Below, in pieces: positions 13,664 to 26,799 of a DNA stretch of 64,000 bases. The DNA comes from Octopus vulgaris. Lineage: Eukaryota. The position numbers were made by a program, and so were the translations under genes. The DNA is taken from positions 149,978,001 through 150,042,000 of the forward strand of contig OX597816.1 in the NCBI GenBank assembly GCA_951406725.2, read 5' to 3'. Positions within the stretch are counted from its first letter, which is position 1; every line of letters begins with the position of its first letter. The notes beneath the pieces were generated by a model that did not search any database, had not been told where the DNA came from, and was given only the letters and a program-made list of their open reading frames with translations.

Positions 13664-13771
13664 CTTAAATAGTTGTACACCAATGACTGCAAACATGAAT
13701 TGCAACAGAAATGTGACCAGCATAATATTACCAATGGTGCGGACAGCAACAATAACACATTGCACCACATG
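13664..13771 (-). CDS. Cav1: Cav1 exon: IIIS5 ([36 protein letters not shown])
   Basis: 108 nt, cacag acceptor, gtaaag donor; overlaps ORF 13484..13768. Confidence 0.97.
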
Positions 13772-14918
13772 CTGTGAAAGAAAAATATATCAGTAATTTA
13801 GATATAATTAGTAGCATATGAATTATCACATGTAACCAGAATACCAACAATATAAGAACATTTATATTTACTTATTAATCTATCTGTCCATCTAGGTATG
13901 TGTCTATACACACACACACTATGTTTTTCATAACAACATGATAAAGCAAACATAAAATGATAAGCATTATGTGTTCATACCCAATAGACATTGCATATCT
14001 ATATCTTTCTTTCTCTGTATATATTGTTTTCCTGTTCACTGTCTAAGTCATAAAGACTTGAATATATATATAATTTTCCTATGATTTATGTTTTGTTCCA
14101 ACTGCGTAACCAACTAGCATCCCTTTCTGAAATTTGCTGGTATCACAGAGCAGGAACAATCCTGTCATAAGGCACTGAAATTGCAAATATTCCTCAACAA
14201 ACAGCTGATGAAGGGAATATTCCACCAGATCACATGATTTTAATATTCTTTGGCCTAGTCAATGCTGGACACTGAACTGCTAGAAATAAAGTGACTCCTC
14301 TCTCTGCCAGCAATATATTAAGAAAATAGTGCCAGGTGCATTTTGCATCAAAAGCCAATATGAGAGTTTGAAATCATGTGATCTGGTGGTCTTAGTACTG
14401 GAGATGATGGGGGATTTGTCTTCCTGATAGCAATATAAACAAGAGTGCATTTGGCACCAAAAGCCAATATGAAAGCTTCTCTCGTGATATCTACTGCAGT
14501 ATAGCTTGTTCTAATAGAACCTCCCCAAAAGATAATACTCTTGGTATTAATACTACCTCTGTCACTAATATATATTTCTTAACAAGCTCACTGGCTAATG
14601 GTGACACCTGCATCTGTTCTGGCACTGTTTTTCTATATAAGGAAAGAGCATTATTAAAATGCTTTTGATCATTAGGTTGTTTAATCAGGACCGACACATG
14701 GGTTAACTAAGAACAATAACAAAACCTTGGTATAATGAAAGTAATATTTCCTGTGTTAGCTCTAGTGTCACAGCTGCTTTTAGTGGTGAACTGTATTCTG
14801 TTGTTGGATTTAAAAACTGAGATAAGGTATAGCTACAAAGCATTAACTGTTTAGTTAGATGACTAGTTCTCTGTCAATTTTCCATCTGTGAAACATAGAC
14901 ACAACAAAACTAGAATCA

Positions 14919-15107
<189 letters not shown>

Positions 15108-17748
15108 TTAAGTTTTTAGGTTGTACGTTCAAGAGTAATTTTACAACATAGTTTTCAACATCTTCACTTAATAAAAGATCCAAGAAACATCATGCATTAT
15201 ATACATCTGTCAAGCTCAATATGTATCATGAAAAATATGTCAGTAAACATTCACTCATACACCTGAAAACACATACACCTATATAAACATCTACATACAC
15301 ACACACGTGTGTGTGTGTGCATAAATACACACATGCATAAATACCCCTACCACAACATACACACACTAGTTTAGCTTTATATTCTCTTTAACATCCATAA
15401 AATTTATAAAAAGTGGCACTTCTTAAAACACTGCACTTTAGTTTTCTTTTTGCAGTAAAATATATTGATTTATTCTTATTTAATTTTGAATACACACATA
15501 TTCAAAATTTTAAATATTAAGACAAGTTATAATTTCGACATTCTAAAGAAATCATATATAGTTATTTCTTCATATATACATTATATTTCAAATTTACTTA
15601 ACTTTATTTTAAAGGCATAGATGTATTATTATGTGTATTACATGGCAGAAATAATACTGTAAAACTAAAAATTTTAGAAACAAGGATCAAATAAAAATTG
15701 GTATTTTCTAGAAACTGTGGTTGATGATATATTGGGATTTATATGAAAAATTTAATATGAATTGCATATTTAAGATATGTTGGTAAACATTCCATCTGAA
15801 ATACACTAATGTATTTAGAATATAGTAGTCTTGTAGATAAGGAATAAAACAGTGTTATGTTTGGAATTAAATGAACAAAATTTTAAAGATGATTATTACT
15901 AAGGTAACAATATTGATAGTTAAGTCAGAAAGACCCTCAGCAACATCAGCTGTAAAAACATACCAGGTTCAGATTACTCATCATTGTAAACAATGGCAGC
16001 ATTGTAAAATATTCAAAATGTTCCATTTACTGTCCTGAAGTTTACTTCTCCTATAAGTATTACTTTGAGAGGGGTGTGTGTTCTACAAAGCTAATGTGCC
16101 CCAGATATATTATATAGAGGCAAGGTTCTCCATGATGGTTTTATTATTCAATCATTGAGTTACAGGATTCATTCTCTCCAGTGTTAAAATAGTAAAGGTT
16201 TTCTGAATCATTAAACCTATCCTTGAGTATCTATCTTCAAGTCATTACAATCAACATATTTTTATGTATGTTTTGATAAACTGGACTATTTCTTCATATT
16301 TAAAGATTTTGTGCAGTACAGGTTAGTTAGGCATATTCATCAGTAAGTCAGAAATAATTGTGTGTGTGTCCACAGGTGTCCTTTTGTCTTTAAATAAAAA
16401 AGACTATCTTTCCTCTAATGCCATGTCAATTCCAGAGAATTCTTGATTTTTGAGATTATTTTCCCTTCTCATTCAGAGTCTATTACAGTTGCTACCAGGC
16501 ATTGGTTTACCATCTCTCAAAGCAAAGCTGAATTTAGTACCAATATTCATCTCTCCATCCTGAAAATACAGGCTGGATTTACCTAATGTTTATATCCTTT
16601 TTGCAAACTGCATCTGCCAACATTACGACGTAATTCCAAGCCCCTAGAGACAGCTGTTGGACCCGTAATACCATATTTTCTCCCTTTCAGTTTTTGCCTT
16701 TACACTCTGTGTAAGTCTGCTCTGTTAATATATAAATAGCAATATATTTATACATGAATTTTCATTTTCTGAATATCTTCAGTCATGTATATGTAGATGC
16801 ATATTTTATATATCTAGCCCATGTGGTTTTATTTGATTATTTGCATCATTATCTCCATATCCGTTCACCTGGATTTCACTTATAGCCACTCTTTACTCTG
16901 CGCTACTGTTTTCTATGTTAAACATCTCTGGATCTTACCTGTTGACTTTCTCTCTCTGTCTGTCTGTCTGAAGTACCCCCACCATTTAAATTTGTTTTCT
17001 CCTACATCCGGTATTTGCATACACCCATGCCATTTTTCTCAGAAAAACCTCCTTCCTCTCCCTTACAATTACATATACAAAAAAATGGGGAGGACTGTTG
17101 CCACTTGAATGCTGACAAGCAGGACAATGTCTTAAAAGACCAATCCAAGGGATATAACACTGATAGAACAAACTAAGAGCCAGCCATCTGTCTATGTGTA
17201 TGTGTTTTTTTCTTTTTGCTGTCTTTCATTCCTAGATTTCTTTACTTTTTTCCACAATGTTTCTGAACTTTGTAAACCAGATGTGCTATTTTCAGACCTT
17301 CAGTACAAAAGTGTCCATTCTCACATACACACACATGCATCTTCTCTTCTTGGGATCACTAGCACTTCATTCAAACCACGTTTTATTATTATTATCTCCC
17401 TTGCTTTCATCCTATTTTTTTCTAATCATTCACCATGCTAAAATCTATAAGTTTTTTTTCATTCTCTCTTATTCCTTTCTGTTAAAGAGCGTAGGCTTGA
17501 AATGTAAAAGACTTTTTCATTTTTCCTGTGTGCCAAACTATTACACTTGCTTGCTGTTCATACACCTGTCTTCATCTTTTGTTTTTCTATAAATTTCAAT
17601 GATATAATGTACACATACACACACACACACACACACAAATATGTACATATACTTTTGGGTGATTTGAGCTTGGAGGGTTTTCTTCTGTACAAAGTGCAAG
17701 AAAACATTAAACATATATTTTTCTTCAAATCTAACCAAGTTTAAGGAT

Positions 17749-17749
<1 letters not shown>

Positions 17750-17799
<50 letters not shown>

Positions 17800-17810
17800 A
17801 TGTATGTGTA
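17750..17810. repeat. Compound (GT)n(ATGT)n microsatellite
   Basis: Directly visible. Confidence 0.9.
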
Positions 17811-20800
17811 TAAACATGAGACTCTTAATGAGTGTAAATAGAAAAACAGAAGGAGAGTGTAAAAGCCTGTAGCATTTAAACTACTTTATATTTGGAAAAG
17901 TGGAATAAAAATTAAAAAATGAAATAGTAGAAAATATCTGTTTGTTTCATGTATAATCATATTTCATAGAAAATTATTTGCACCAAAATGTCAGTTTCAT
18001 CATGTTGTTTTTTCATGAACATTAAAAAAATAGTAATTACTTGAAAGGAACTAGATCAGTTATTCATAATCCGAGGAAAGAATTTACAGTACTCCAGATG
18101 TAAAATTGGATTTTTTAGTGGAAAAATTGTTTTTAGGTTTAAAAATTCTTTATGATTATCCACACTGCTATGGCTAGATTTATTTTCTTTAATATTGATT
18201 TTAAGAGTGTTAATATTAAATTGATATAAAGCTCTTAATATTATGCAAGAAAATGTAATTATCAAAGGGAGTGAAATCAGACAAATGGTGAACTGGTAAA
18301 GCAGGGAAATACAGAAAAGATTAAGAAACACTGTTCTGTACAAAGATAATTCAATACAATTTTGATTAATTTCAATAATTCTTGTATATCATTTTACATA
18401 CACTTGGCAATGAATTTGCATTTTGTTACTGACTGTTGAAACATACTGTATTTTGAAAGTCATACCTGTCACTTATATATATCTTTATTATCTAATAAAA
18501 GTGAAGTCTTCAATAATTTTCTTTTAATATTTTAAAAATCATTACATAAAAAATAACATTTTATTAGTGTATTTTTAAAATAGAAAACATTTTCTTAAGT
18601 TATAAAATATATTTTACTTAAAATAAATACTGTGATACAAGTGATGTAGTCATCATTACTTTATTTGTGTAATTAAAAATACATTTGAAAGCAAAGCACA
18701 TTCAAACAAGTATGTGAAAATATTAAGGATATTTAGGGGAAAAGATTTTAGAAAATATATCTAGATTTATATAATATACATTTATAGATGAGTTGAATTT
18801 TATAAATATTTCATATATTGCATTCAAGAAGTTTTCTAAAATTAGCTCAAATAACATTATCATAGAATAAAAAAGGAGGGGGTTGGAAAAATTGTGTTGT
18901 TTTAAAGTGCTGTTTCAGAGTAAAGTGGGTATAAAAAAAAAGAAAAAAAAAGAATAAAAAGATGAATAAAAAACAATAACAGTATCTTATCCTTATGCTA
19001 CTGTGGTTTTTACTTTACATGCATACATTCAAACTCTGTGGATATAGTGCATATAAATATATATAATTGTGGTTTATTTAACATTTAGAAACCATGCATA
19101 GTTCTAATAAACTTTTAGTTAATTCAAAGAGAATTCACTAAACGTGTCTTGGAATTTACATATATACAAAATGACATAGTAGTTAACATAGCAATGGATG
19201 ATAAGTGCATGGTTATATAAATTAATGTGAAGATCTGAGAAAATTCTAATGATAAATTTTTCTTATCACAAAATCTCTGTGAGGAAGATTAAATCTATTA
19301 TAATTCTTAGAATGTAATATGGAAATTATTTTCAAAATACTCCTATGATTTCTGAAACAAAATTCTAACAAGTACTGTTATTTCTTGAAAACTGCAAGAG
19401 ACATAAATAAAAGGAAAATATAAAGTTGAATAGTAAATAGGGGTTATGGCACTAATACTTTTTTCAACTGAACTTAATGTCATCAAATTCATAGTCAGCC
19501 AATCAATATTTATATAATATAAATGTATATTTATATAATCACCATTATCATTTAACACCCATTTTCCATGCTATCATGGGCTGGATGGTTTGACAGGATT
19601 TGGCAAGCTACAATACTGTGCCAAACTCACACACACACACACACACACACACACTGAAATGTTTTTAACTGTTTGTATAATTTGCAGTTTGTATTTGTTT
19701 GCTCTCCAAATCTCTAGCTAAGCTGATGCATTTCAAATGCCTTGCCAAATATTTCTACTCAATTCATTCTTCTTCTTTGGTATTTAGAATCAATCACTTC
19801 AATCAGTACTGAACTACAAGTTACTGTTTTATCATATTTCTAACATCTAACTTTGCAATGTCTAAATTTAAGCAGCTGTTAAAAGCTATAAATATTATAA
19901 TCCCTAGCCCCATCCACACACACAAACACACATTTTCTCTCTCACATCTGAAAGTATTATGTAACTTTTTATACACAGCACCAAAAATCAATTACACATA
20001 AATATTCTTTGATGCAAACTGAAATATAATTTCTCATTTCTCCATAGTCCCCCACCTTGCAGTCTTTATACATTGTTTATAAAATTATTTCCACAGCAAA
20101 ATTTTGGTAGCAAAACTTAGACAGTTTTATACAATTTAATGATTCTTCAATACATGTCATTATGCAACTATTAAGTCATAATATGTATAAAGAGTTATTG
20201 AAGATTCATCAAAATCCAAGATTGAGATAGCAAAGAAAGAGTTACTTCCTCTTACAAATAATCTCTACATAAAAAAAACCAAAAAGAACCCTAGACAGAA
20301 ATGATTCAAAATTTTTTTCTCAGTTATTTTATAATTTACCCATGCTCTTTGTACATGTAAAGTACACTGCTGAATATATAAAATCATCATTCCTCTTAGC
20401 TAATTGCATCATAGCTCAATGATGTTAGTCTTCCAATGCTCCTGGTGCTATCATAAAATCAGTTTAAAAAGTACAAGATATACAATTGCATATCTCCTTT
20501 TTACTATTTTAAAAGACTATACTGATATACCATGATTAACTCTAAACTTATCCAATACAAAACTTAATAAAATATATATTTTTTGGTTACTGTGTGTTCC
20601 CCAGTAATCTAATGTGTTGTTATTTTATTCTAATAATCTTTTGTCAAGAATAAATCTTTTCAAGGACTACTTACTTCAACATTTTCTACTCAACTTTTCC
20701 ATCATTTAAATTCAGCAGGGATGTGAACGGAAGAATTATTAGAGAACTAAACAAATGCCTAGTGATATTTAGTTACATTCTTTTACATGATATGTTCAGG

Positions 20801-21211
20801 TACTGCTGAGACTAACTTCATTGTTCATTTCTCTAGAGTTGATAAAATAAGTATCAGTCTAGTATTATAGTTGATAAAAATTAATAATACACCTTCTCCA
20901 AAACATTTGTGCTTTGTGAAAAGTAATTATTTAATATCTCCTACATGACATTGGATTTTATAGCTGTACCTATTTTTAATCATCCCTCAGACACTGCAAA
21001 TAATTTAATTATTTTATTATATGATCAGGTCAAATGAAATTTTCATTTTGATTTGAATTCCATTGCCATACTTTTTGAATTCTAGAGTTTAATAATAGTC
21101 TAGTGAAAAGAGATCCTACTCCTTATTTATCTTTATAACTTTGGCATGTTGTGAGCGCAAATTGCCATCATCATGAACTGTGTTATTAATTCATTCTTTT
21201 GCCTATAAAGA

Positions 21212-21216
<5 letters not shown>

Positions 21217-21254
<38 letters not shown>
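21217..21254. repeat. (GA)n microsatellite
   Basis: Directly visible. Confidence 0.9.
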
Positions 21255-21265
<11 letters not shown>

Positions 21266-24200
21266 GCAAGCAAAATATAATAGATGGCAAAAGAGACTGC
21301 AAGTCATGTAAGGCTATCTTGATTTTGATAGTATCAAAGCTATTGTGACACGGCTTTGGCATAAGAATGAGCTGTAAAATGTTTTCAGTAAAACCAAGTC
21401 TACAATCCACAGCATAACATTTAAGATACTTTCTTAGTTCAATAACTAATATATTTGTGATAATTAAATCAAGTATATGGATCTACTAAAGCAAATATCT
21501 ATATTTGAATTTTCTATCATTTGCGACCAACTAACAGTGCTTAAGTGGCTTGATTGTTTTTTTTACCTGCTTCTTCACTTCTATTAACAAAACAAGTATT
21601 AAATGATGCTTTTATAGTTTAAAATAAATCTTCATGAGCTGAGTAGCCTGAAACCTAAGGAAAATAGAGTAGGATAGAAAGTAATTTCTAAACTTTTATT
21701 ATTGTGGTAACATATTATGAATTTTGAAACAAGATGTACTGAAACATTAGTTTAAAAAATACATAATATATGTTTATGTTTCAATTTACTACATCAATGA
21801 ATTTACAGAAAAATGAAGAAAACAGAAATATAGTCGAGATGTATAAGTAGCATATCATGAATATATGTCATCAACTGATACCAGGTGGATCAGTAAAACT
21901 AAAGCATGAGACAAGGTTAAATAAGTACTACTCAGCACAAACACATGACTGAAATAAAGAAGAATTTTTTTATCATCATAGTTTTGTACCTGTTTTTCTA
22001 AGATGGAATGGGTTGGATAGGTCATTACAGAATGTATCAATTCTATGATAGCCAGCTACACAACAATTTTTGATATGAGATTGGATAGAAATAGCACAAG
22101 TGGCATGGTGGTGGAAGAGAGGGTGATGTGAGCCAGAGTGACAAAAGAGGGAGCACTGAAAATGAGAGAGGAAGAGAAATGGATGTCAACAATGAGTGAT
22201 AAAGTAGGGAGTAATATGAGAGAAAGTGATGCACAGCAATGGAGATCAATGATGGTAAAAGAATAGTAGTGATGGATGAGAATAATAAGTAAAAAGGAAG
22301 TGAGTAATGGGGTGAGAGAGAGCAAAACAGAAGGGATGATGGTAAGGGAGGGATTGAACTGGAGGGACCTAATGTAACATCATTCCTCATTACACAGGTG
22401 GTGTGACGAGATAAAGATGAAATTATAATTGGGAGGCACATAAATAGGATAGGGGTGACTGATAAATGTGAGTGTTACAAAGAGAAGGAAAGAGCAGTGG
22501 ATGGCAATTTAACATGAATATAATGGTCAAAGGAAACTCAAAAGTAGACATTATGCATCCAGCATATTGTCATTTTCATATTTTTTTCTTGCATGCATAG
22601 TATGGATATGATCCTCTGACATTTCTTGAGTTTGCATGGTGTTTCAGGTATATACTTGATGAAATTTTAATGAAAATTAGTATTTCTGTTCATTTATTCC
22701 TATTCTTTATTTAAGTTTGTTTGTTTGTTTATGTGTGTGTGTGTGCACGCGCAGACACATGCACATGTGCATTTTTCCATTTATGGATAGGAAATTACTT
22801 TTATTTGAGTATTTTAACAAAACTCATGATAAATTTAGTAATCTTCTCAAGTACAGCATATTGCCAAAGGTCTCGGCCACCTGTCACTACTGGTAACTAC
22901 TTTGTTGAGTCAAAAATTTTACAATAGTTTGGTAACTTATTTCAACAAGTTACAACGAAAGCAGTCAAACATTCAAAGTAGAGGCCACACAGACACACAC
23001 ACACACACAAAACCATCCAACAAAAAACATTTGCCTTCAAATTTAAGGGTCGTATTAGAGTTACTGCTGTATATTTGAGATGACTTGTGACACCATTGAA
23101 TGACCATACATAGACCACGTATAGTCATTCAGTGTATAACAGGAGTGAAACAGAAAATCAACTAAACAATCATGAATTTTACAATGCTACAATTGCTTAC
23201 AGCAGTGAACTATACCATCTTCTTATATTTAATGCCAGGAGGCACTGGATCATGGGTAGCTGAATCATGGATACAATATAAATATATAAATTGAACCATT
23301 ACAGTAGTTACATGATATTAACTACTTTATAACTAAATCTCCTTTACAAACTTTCCGGCTATCATTGAAGATCATGTTTTAATTCTATATATTAAGACAT
23401 GATACACTATAAAAGCAAGAAAGTCTTGGTTAGAGACATTGATTTATGATTTAAGTGATCAATTACATCTGTAGTGTTGTTATTCTGAAGCAAAACTGCC
23501 TATGTCAATTAACAGAAAATGCAAAAGTAAAATATAATAATATAATTAAGTTTACATAACTGTATTTTTATGTCTTATACACATTTGTAGATGCATGCAT
23601 ACATCCTTCAAAGCAGTTTCACACACATGCACATACATCTTTGTGTATGAATGTAGTAGAGAGGTGCAATTTGGAAACAGTCTCTCTCAATCTTCAATAG
23701 AATTAAAGGATTACAGATTCTTAATATCCACATGGATACCAGCAAGAAAATAAGGAAATGATGTAATGATCTAGAGATTAAAGCATAAATATATGTAAGC
23801 TAATCTCTACAAGCTTCCCTAAAAGTGTATATTGAATATTGAGTACTTCAGTATATTTGCATGGATAAACAATATATATGATTATATAATTTTAGATAAT
23901 TATTCTCAACTTTGGAATGTGTCAATGACTGAGTAGACAAGAACATTATTAACCTTAATTCAGAAATAATGATTTCTAGAAGATATCCAGTTTGGTAAAA
24001 TGTAAACATCAAGGAAAAAGATACTGAATAAAGATTGGAGATCCAACTGATCAAAATGTAGTGTAGATGTAAATATAATAAATATATCAGCATCTCTACA
24101 TTGATAGTTAAAGTATTTTATTTACATAAAAAACAACTTATCTTAAACATTTACACATGTAATGTAACCTTATTCACACATACACAGTGAATTACTTCCT

Positions 24201-25548
24201 TTTTTAACAAAATGAGAAGAAAATTTAAAATAAAATGAAACACAAAACAAAATAAAAAACTTGAACTATGAATATTAAAACAAACTGTATGCTGACATTA
24301 TTTTCTTCTTGATGAGGCAAATAAGCCTTATATTTCAAAATGGAAAGAGGAAATTATATTTACCCAAATCTTTTTCTAGTTATTAGCTGAAAGATTTTTA
24401 GAAATCTTCATGAAATCACAGTGATAAATCTAAAGGAGTGTATGTCGGAGGGTGGTCTGCCATTGTGGTTTATAAAAGGAATAACTTGTCTGATATTCAC
24501 ATGATAGTTGAAGAAAGGAGTATTGAAGAAAGACACTAAGGGAATGGTTTCAGTAGTATAGGAACAGGATGTAGGAACAGAATCAAGAGAAAAAAAGACA
24601 AGCACAACTGTTCATCTATATGTAATATGTGAAGTTATACAAGTAAGAATGTAGCAAAAATTGCATCCGAATGCCTGCAATAAGTGCAGAAGGAAAACAA
24701 AATGTATAGACACAGTAATCCACTGGAAGTTTTGTGATAATAATTCGATGGAATTTTTGTAAGGGGTTCAGCTTTGCTTGCACACGAAAGAGATATGACT
24801 ATTGGGCAGGAACAAAAATGGAAGTCTTTGAAAACAATAAAGTGAAGTAGCTATGGGACTTGACTTTACAAACTGAAAGAATAGAGCAGAAGCTAGATAT
24901 TGTAGTCACTGATAATAAGACAGTGTGTCTTGTAACTGACAAGATTTTTGATACCAGAATCAAGAAAAAGTTAAAAGCAGAGTATTATAGAGAGCTGAAG
25001 TATCAGATTATCAAATGGAACTAAGAAGTTAACACAGTTGAGACTTGAATGTAAGATCTTGGCATTAAGTATTAAAATAAGAAATAATGGATTATATGAT
25101 TGAAGAAAAAATAGAAAATAGATAGATAGATAAATAAATAGACTGCAAATTTTTAAAATTATGAATAAAAATAAAAGTATGAATTTAAATGTTAAACTGA
25201 AAGTAAAATGGTAGTTTTTGGCCATGTTCTTACAAACAAGTCTAGAAGAGTTGTTCCCCTTGAACAAGAAAAATTTAATGGCAAAATTTCTTTTGCACCG
25301 ATGACGGTTTTTACTCGCGGTGTTCGCTCTCGTGTTAAACATACTGCAAGTATGCATTAAACTTACATAAACTGATGAAGTGCAACTTTCATTGAATTGT
25401 TGACACGGAAACTCTGAGTCCTGAATGTAAATGTTTCCTACTAGAGTCATTTAATAAATTTAGTCCTCAATTTCTAATGATATTGAGGACTAATTCTTTT
25501 GTTGTCACATGCAGTTTATCCGCGCACGCGTGTGTGCATACGTATATA

Positions 25549-26703
25549 CAAGGTGTTTGGGCTAAATTCGATGATTGTTTTATGTCAACGACAATGGAGA
25601 ACATAGAGATTAAAGTTGTAGTTGAGAAAAAGTTAGATGACATGGAGGACTGGAAGCCATCTAAATATTGGAAAAGAGTTATACACGCTGGGTATCAAAA
25701 TACCAACGTCATATCTATTGCTCAATGTCTGTGAACAATGTAAAGGCTGTAAGACATGACATGGATAACTGTAATGGAAGCTATGAAGCTGTGGCCAGTA
25801 GGAAGGGACACAGCAGGTATTCTGACTGCATCTACATGCCAGGATTCATCCAACAACTGCAGGACAAAGTGATGGAAGATCTGAGCAAGGGAATCTGGGC
25901 ATTGGTGAAAGAAAGATGGATGTCGGAGTTGTCACAATGAAGCTGGGCTTGAATAAGGATCTTTGCTACCACTCATACAAGAGGCACAAAAGACAAATTC
26001 TGACAGCCAAGACCAAGCAGAACTGTTTAATGAAGGCAAAGGAGCTCCTAAACAAGCTGAGGCATCCTGTTGAGCTGGGGATAATCTAGTTCTGAAATGA
26101 AAAGAACTTCTGCCAGGACCAGAAGCACCACACCCAAAACAAGTGGATTGCCTATAATCCATGTGATGTCCCACATATCATGAAAACCAAGTTCCCTCAA
26201 ACTGTGATGGTTTTTGGATGTGTCTCCATTGAGGGTGGCATCATGCTGCCCCACATCCTTGAACAAGGCTTTAGGCTCAATTCAGATGGCTATGTGAATC
26301 CACAAAGAGCCAGCTGTGGCTGTTGGAGAATTTCTACAACAACACCAGCTCAATTTCTGGCCTTCTGCTTTCTACATTTGTAATCCCATGGATTACTATG
26401 TGTGGGACAAGGTTGAGAAAGATACCAACCACACTGCATGCAACATCAAAGTTGAGCTGGTGATCAAGAACAAGGTGTTCAAAGACCTTCTCAGGGACAC
26501 AATGAGGAACACATGTGCCAGGTTATTGAACCATCTTGAGGCCATGATGGAAGCTGAAGGTGGCTACTTTAAGTAAACTGTTATCTCCCATCCATAAACT
26601 AGTTGATATTTTAAAATTTTCTAAGATACTTTTATTTTTTGATGGGATATTGTGTTTTATTTTTACTTCTGTGCAAACAGTCAAATTTAGCCTGAACAAC
26701 CTG
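25549..26703 (+). mobile_element. Tc1/mariner (maT-like) DNA transposon, degenerate
   Basis: Imperfect TIRs CAAGGTGTTTGGGCTAAATT / AATTTAGCCTGAACAACCTG with TA at the left end; transposase fragments KFPQTVMVFGCVS and FWPS...CNPMDYYVW (ORFs 26180, 26316). Confidence 0.85.
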
Positions 26704-26758
26704 TGTGTGTATATATATATTTCTACAGCTTGATACCCTTCTTAACACCAATCAGCCT

Positions 26759-26796
<38 letters not shown>

Positions 26797-26799
<3 letters not shown>

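Noticed and set aside
24971-25450. 159-aa minus-strand ORF inside the large intron
   Set aside because: Low-complexity Phe/Leu/Ile tail from AT-rich DNA and no recognisable domain; only the 54-nt sub-segment is kept as an exon candidate.
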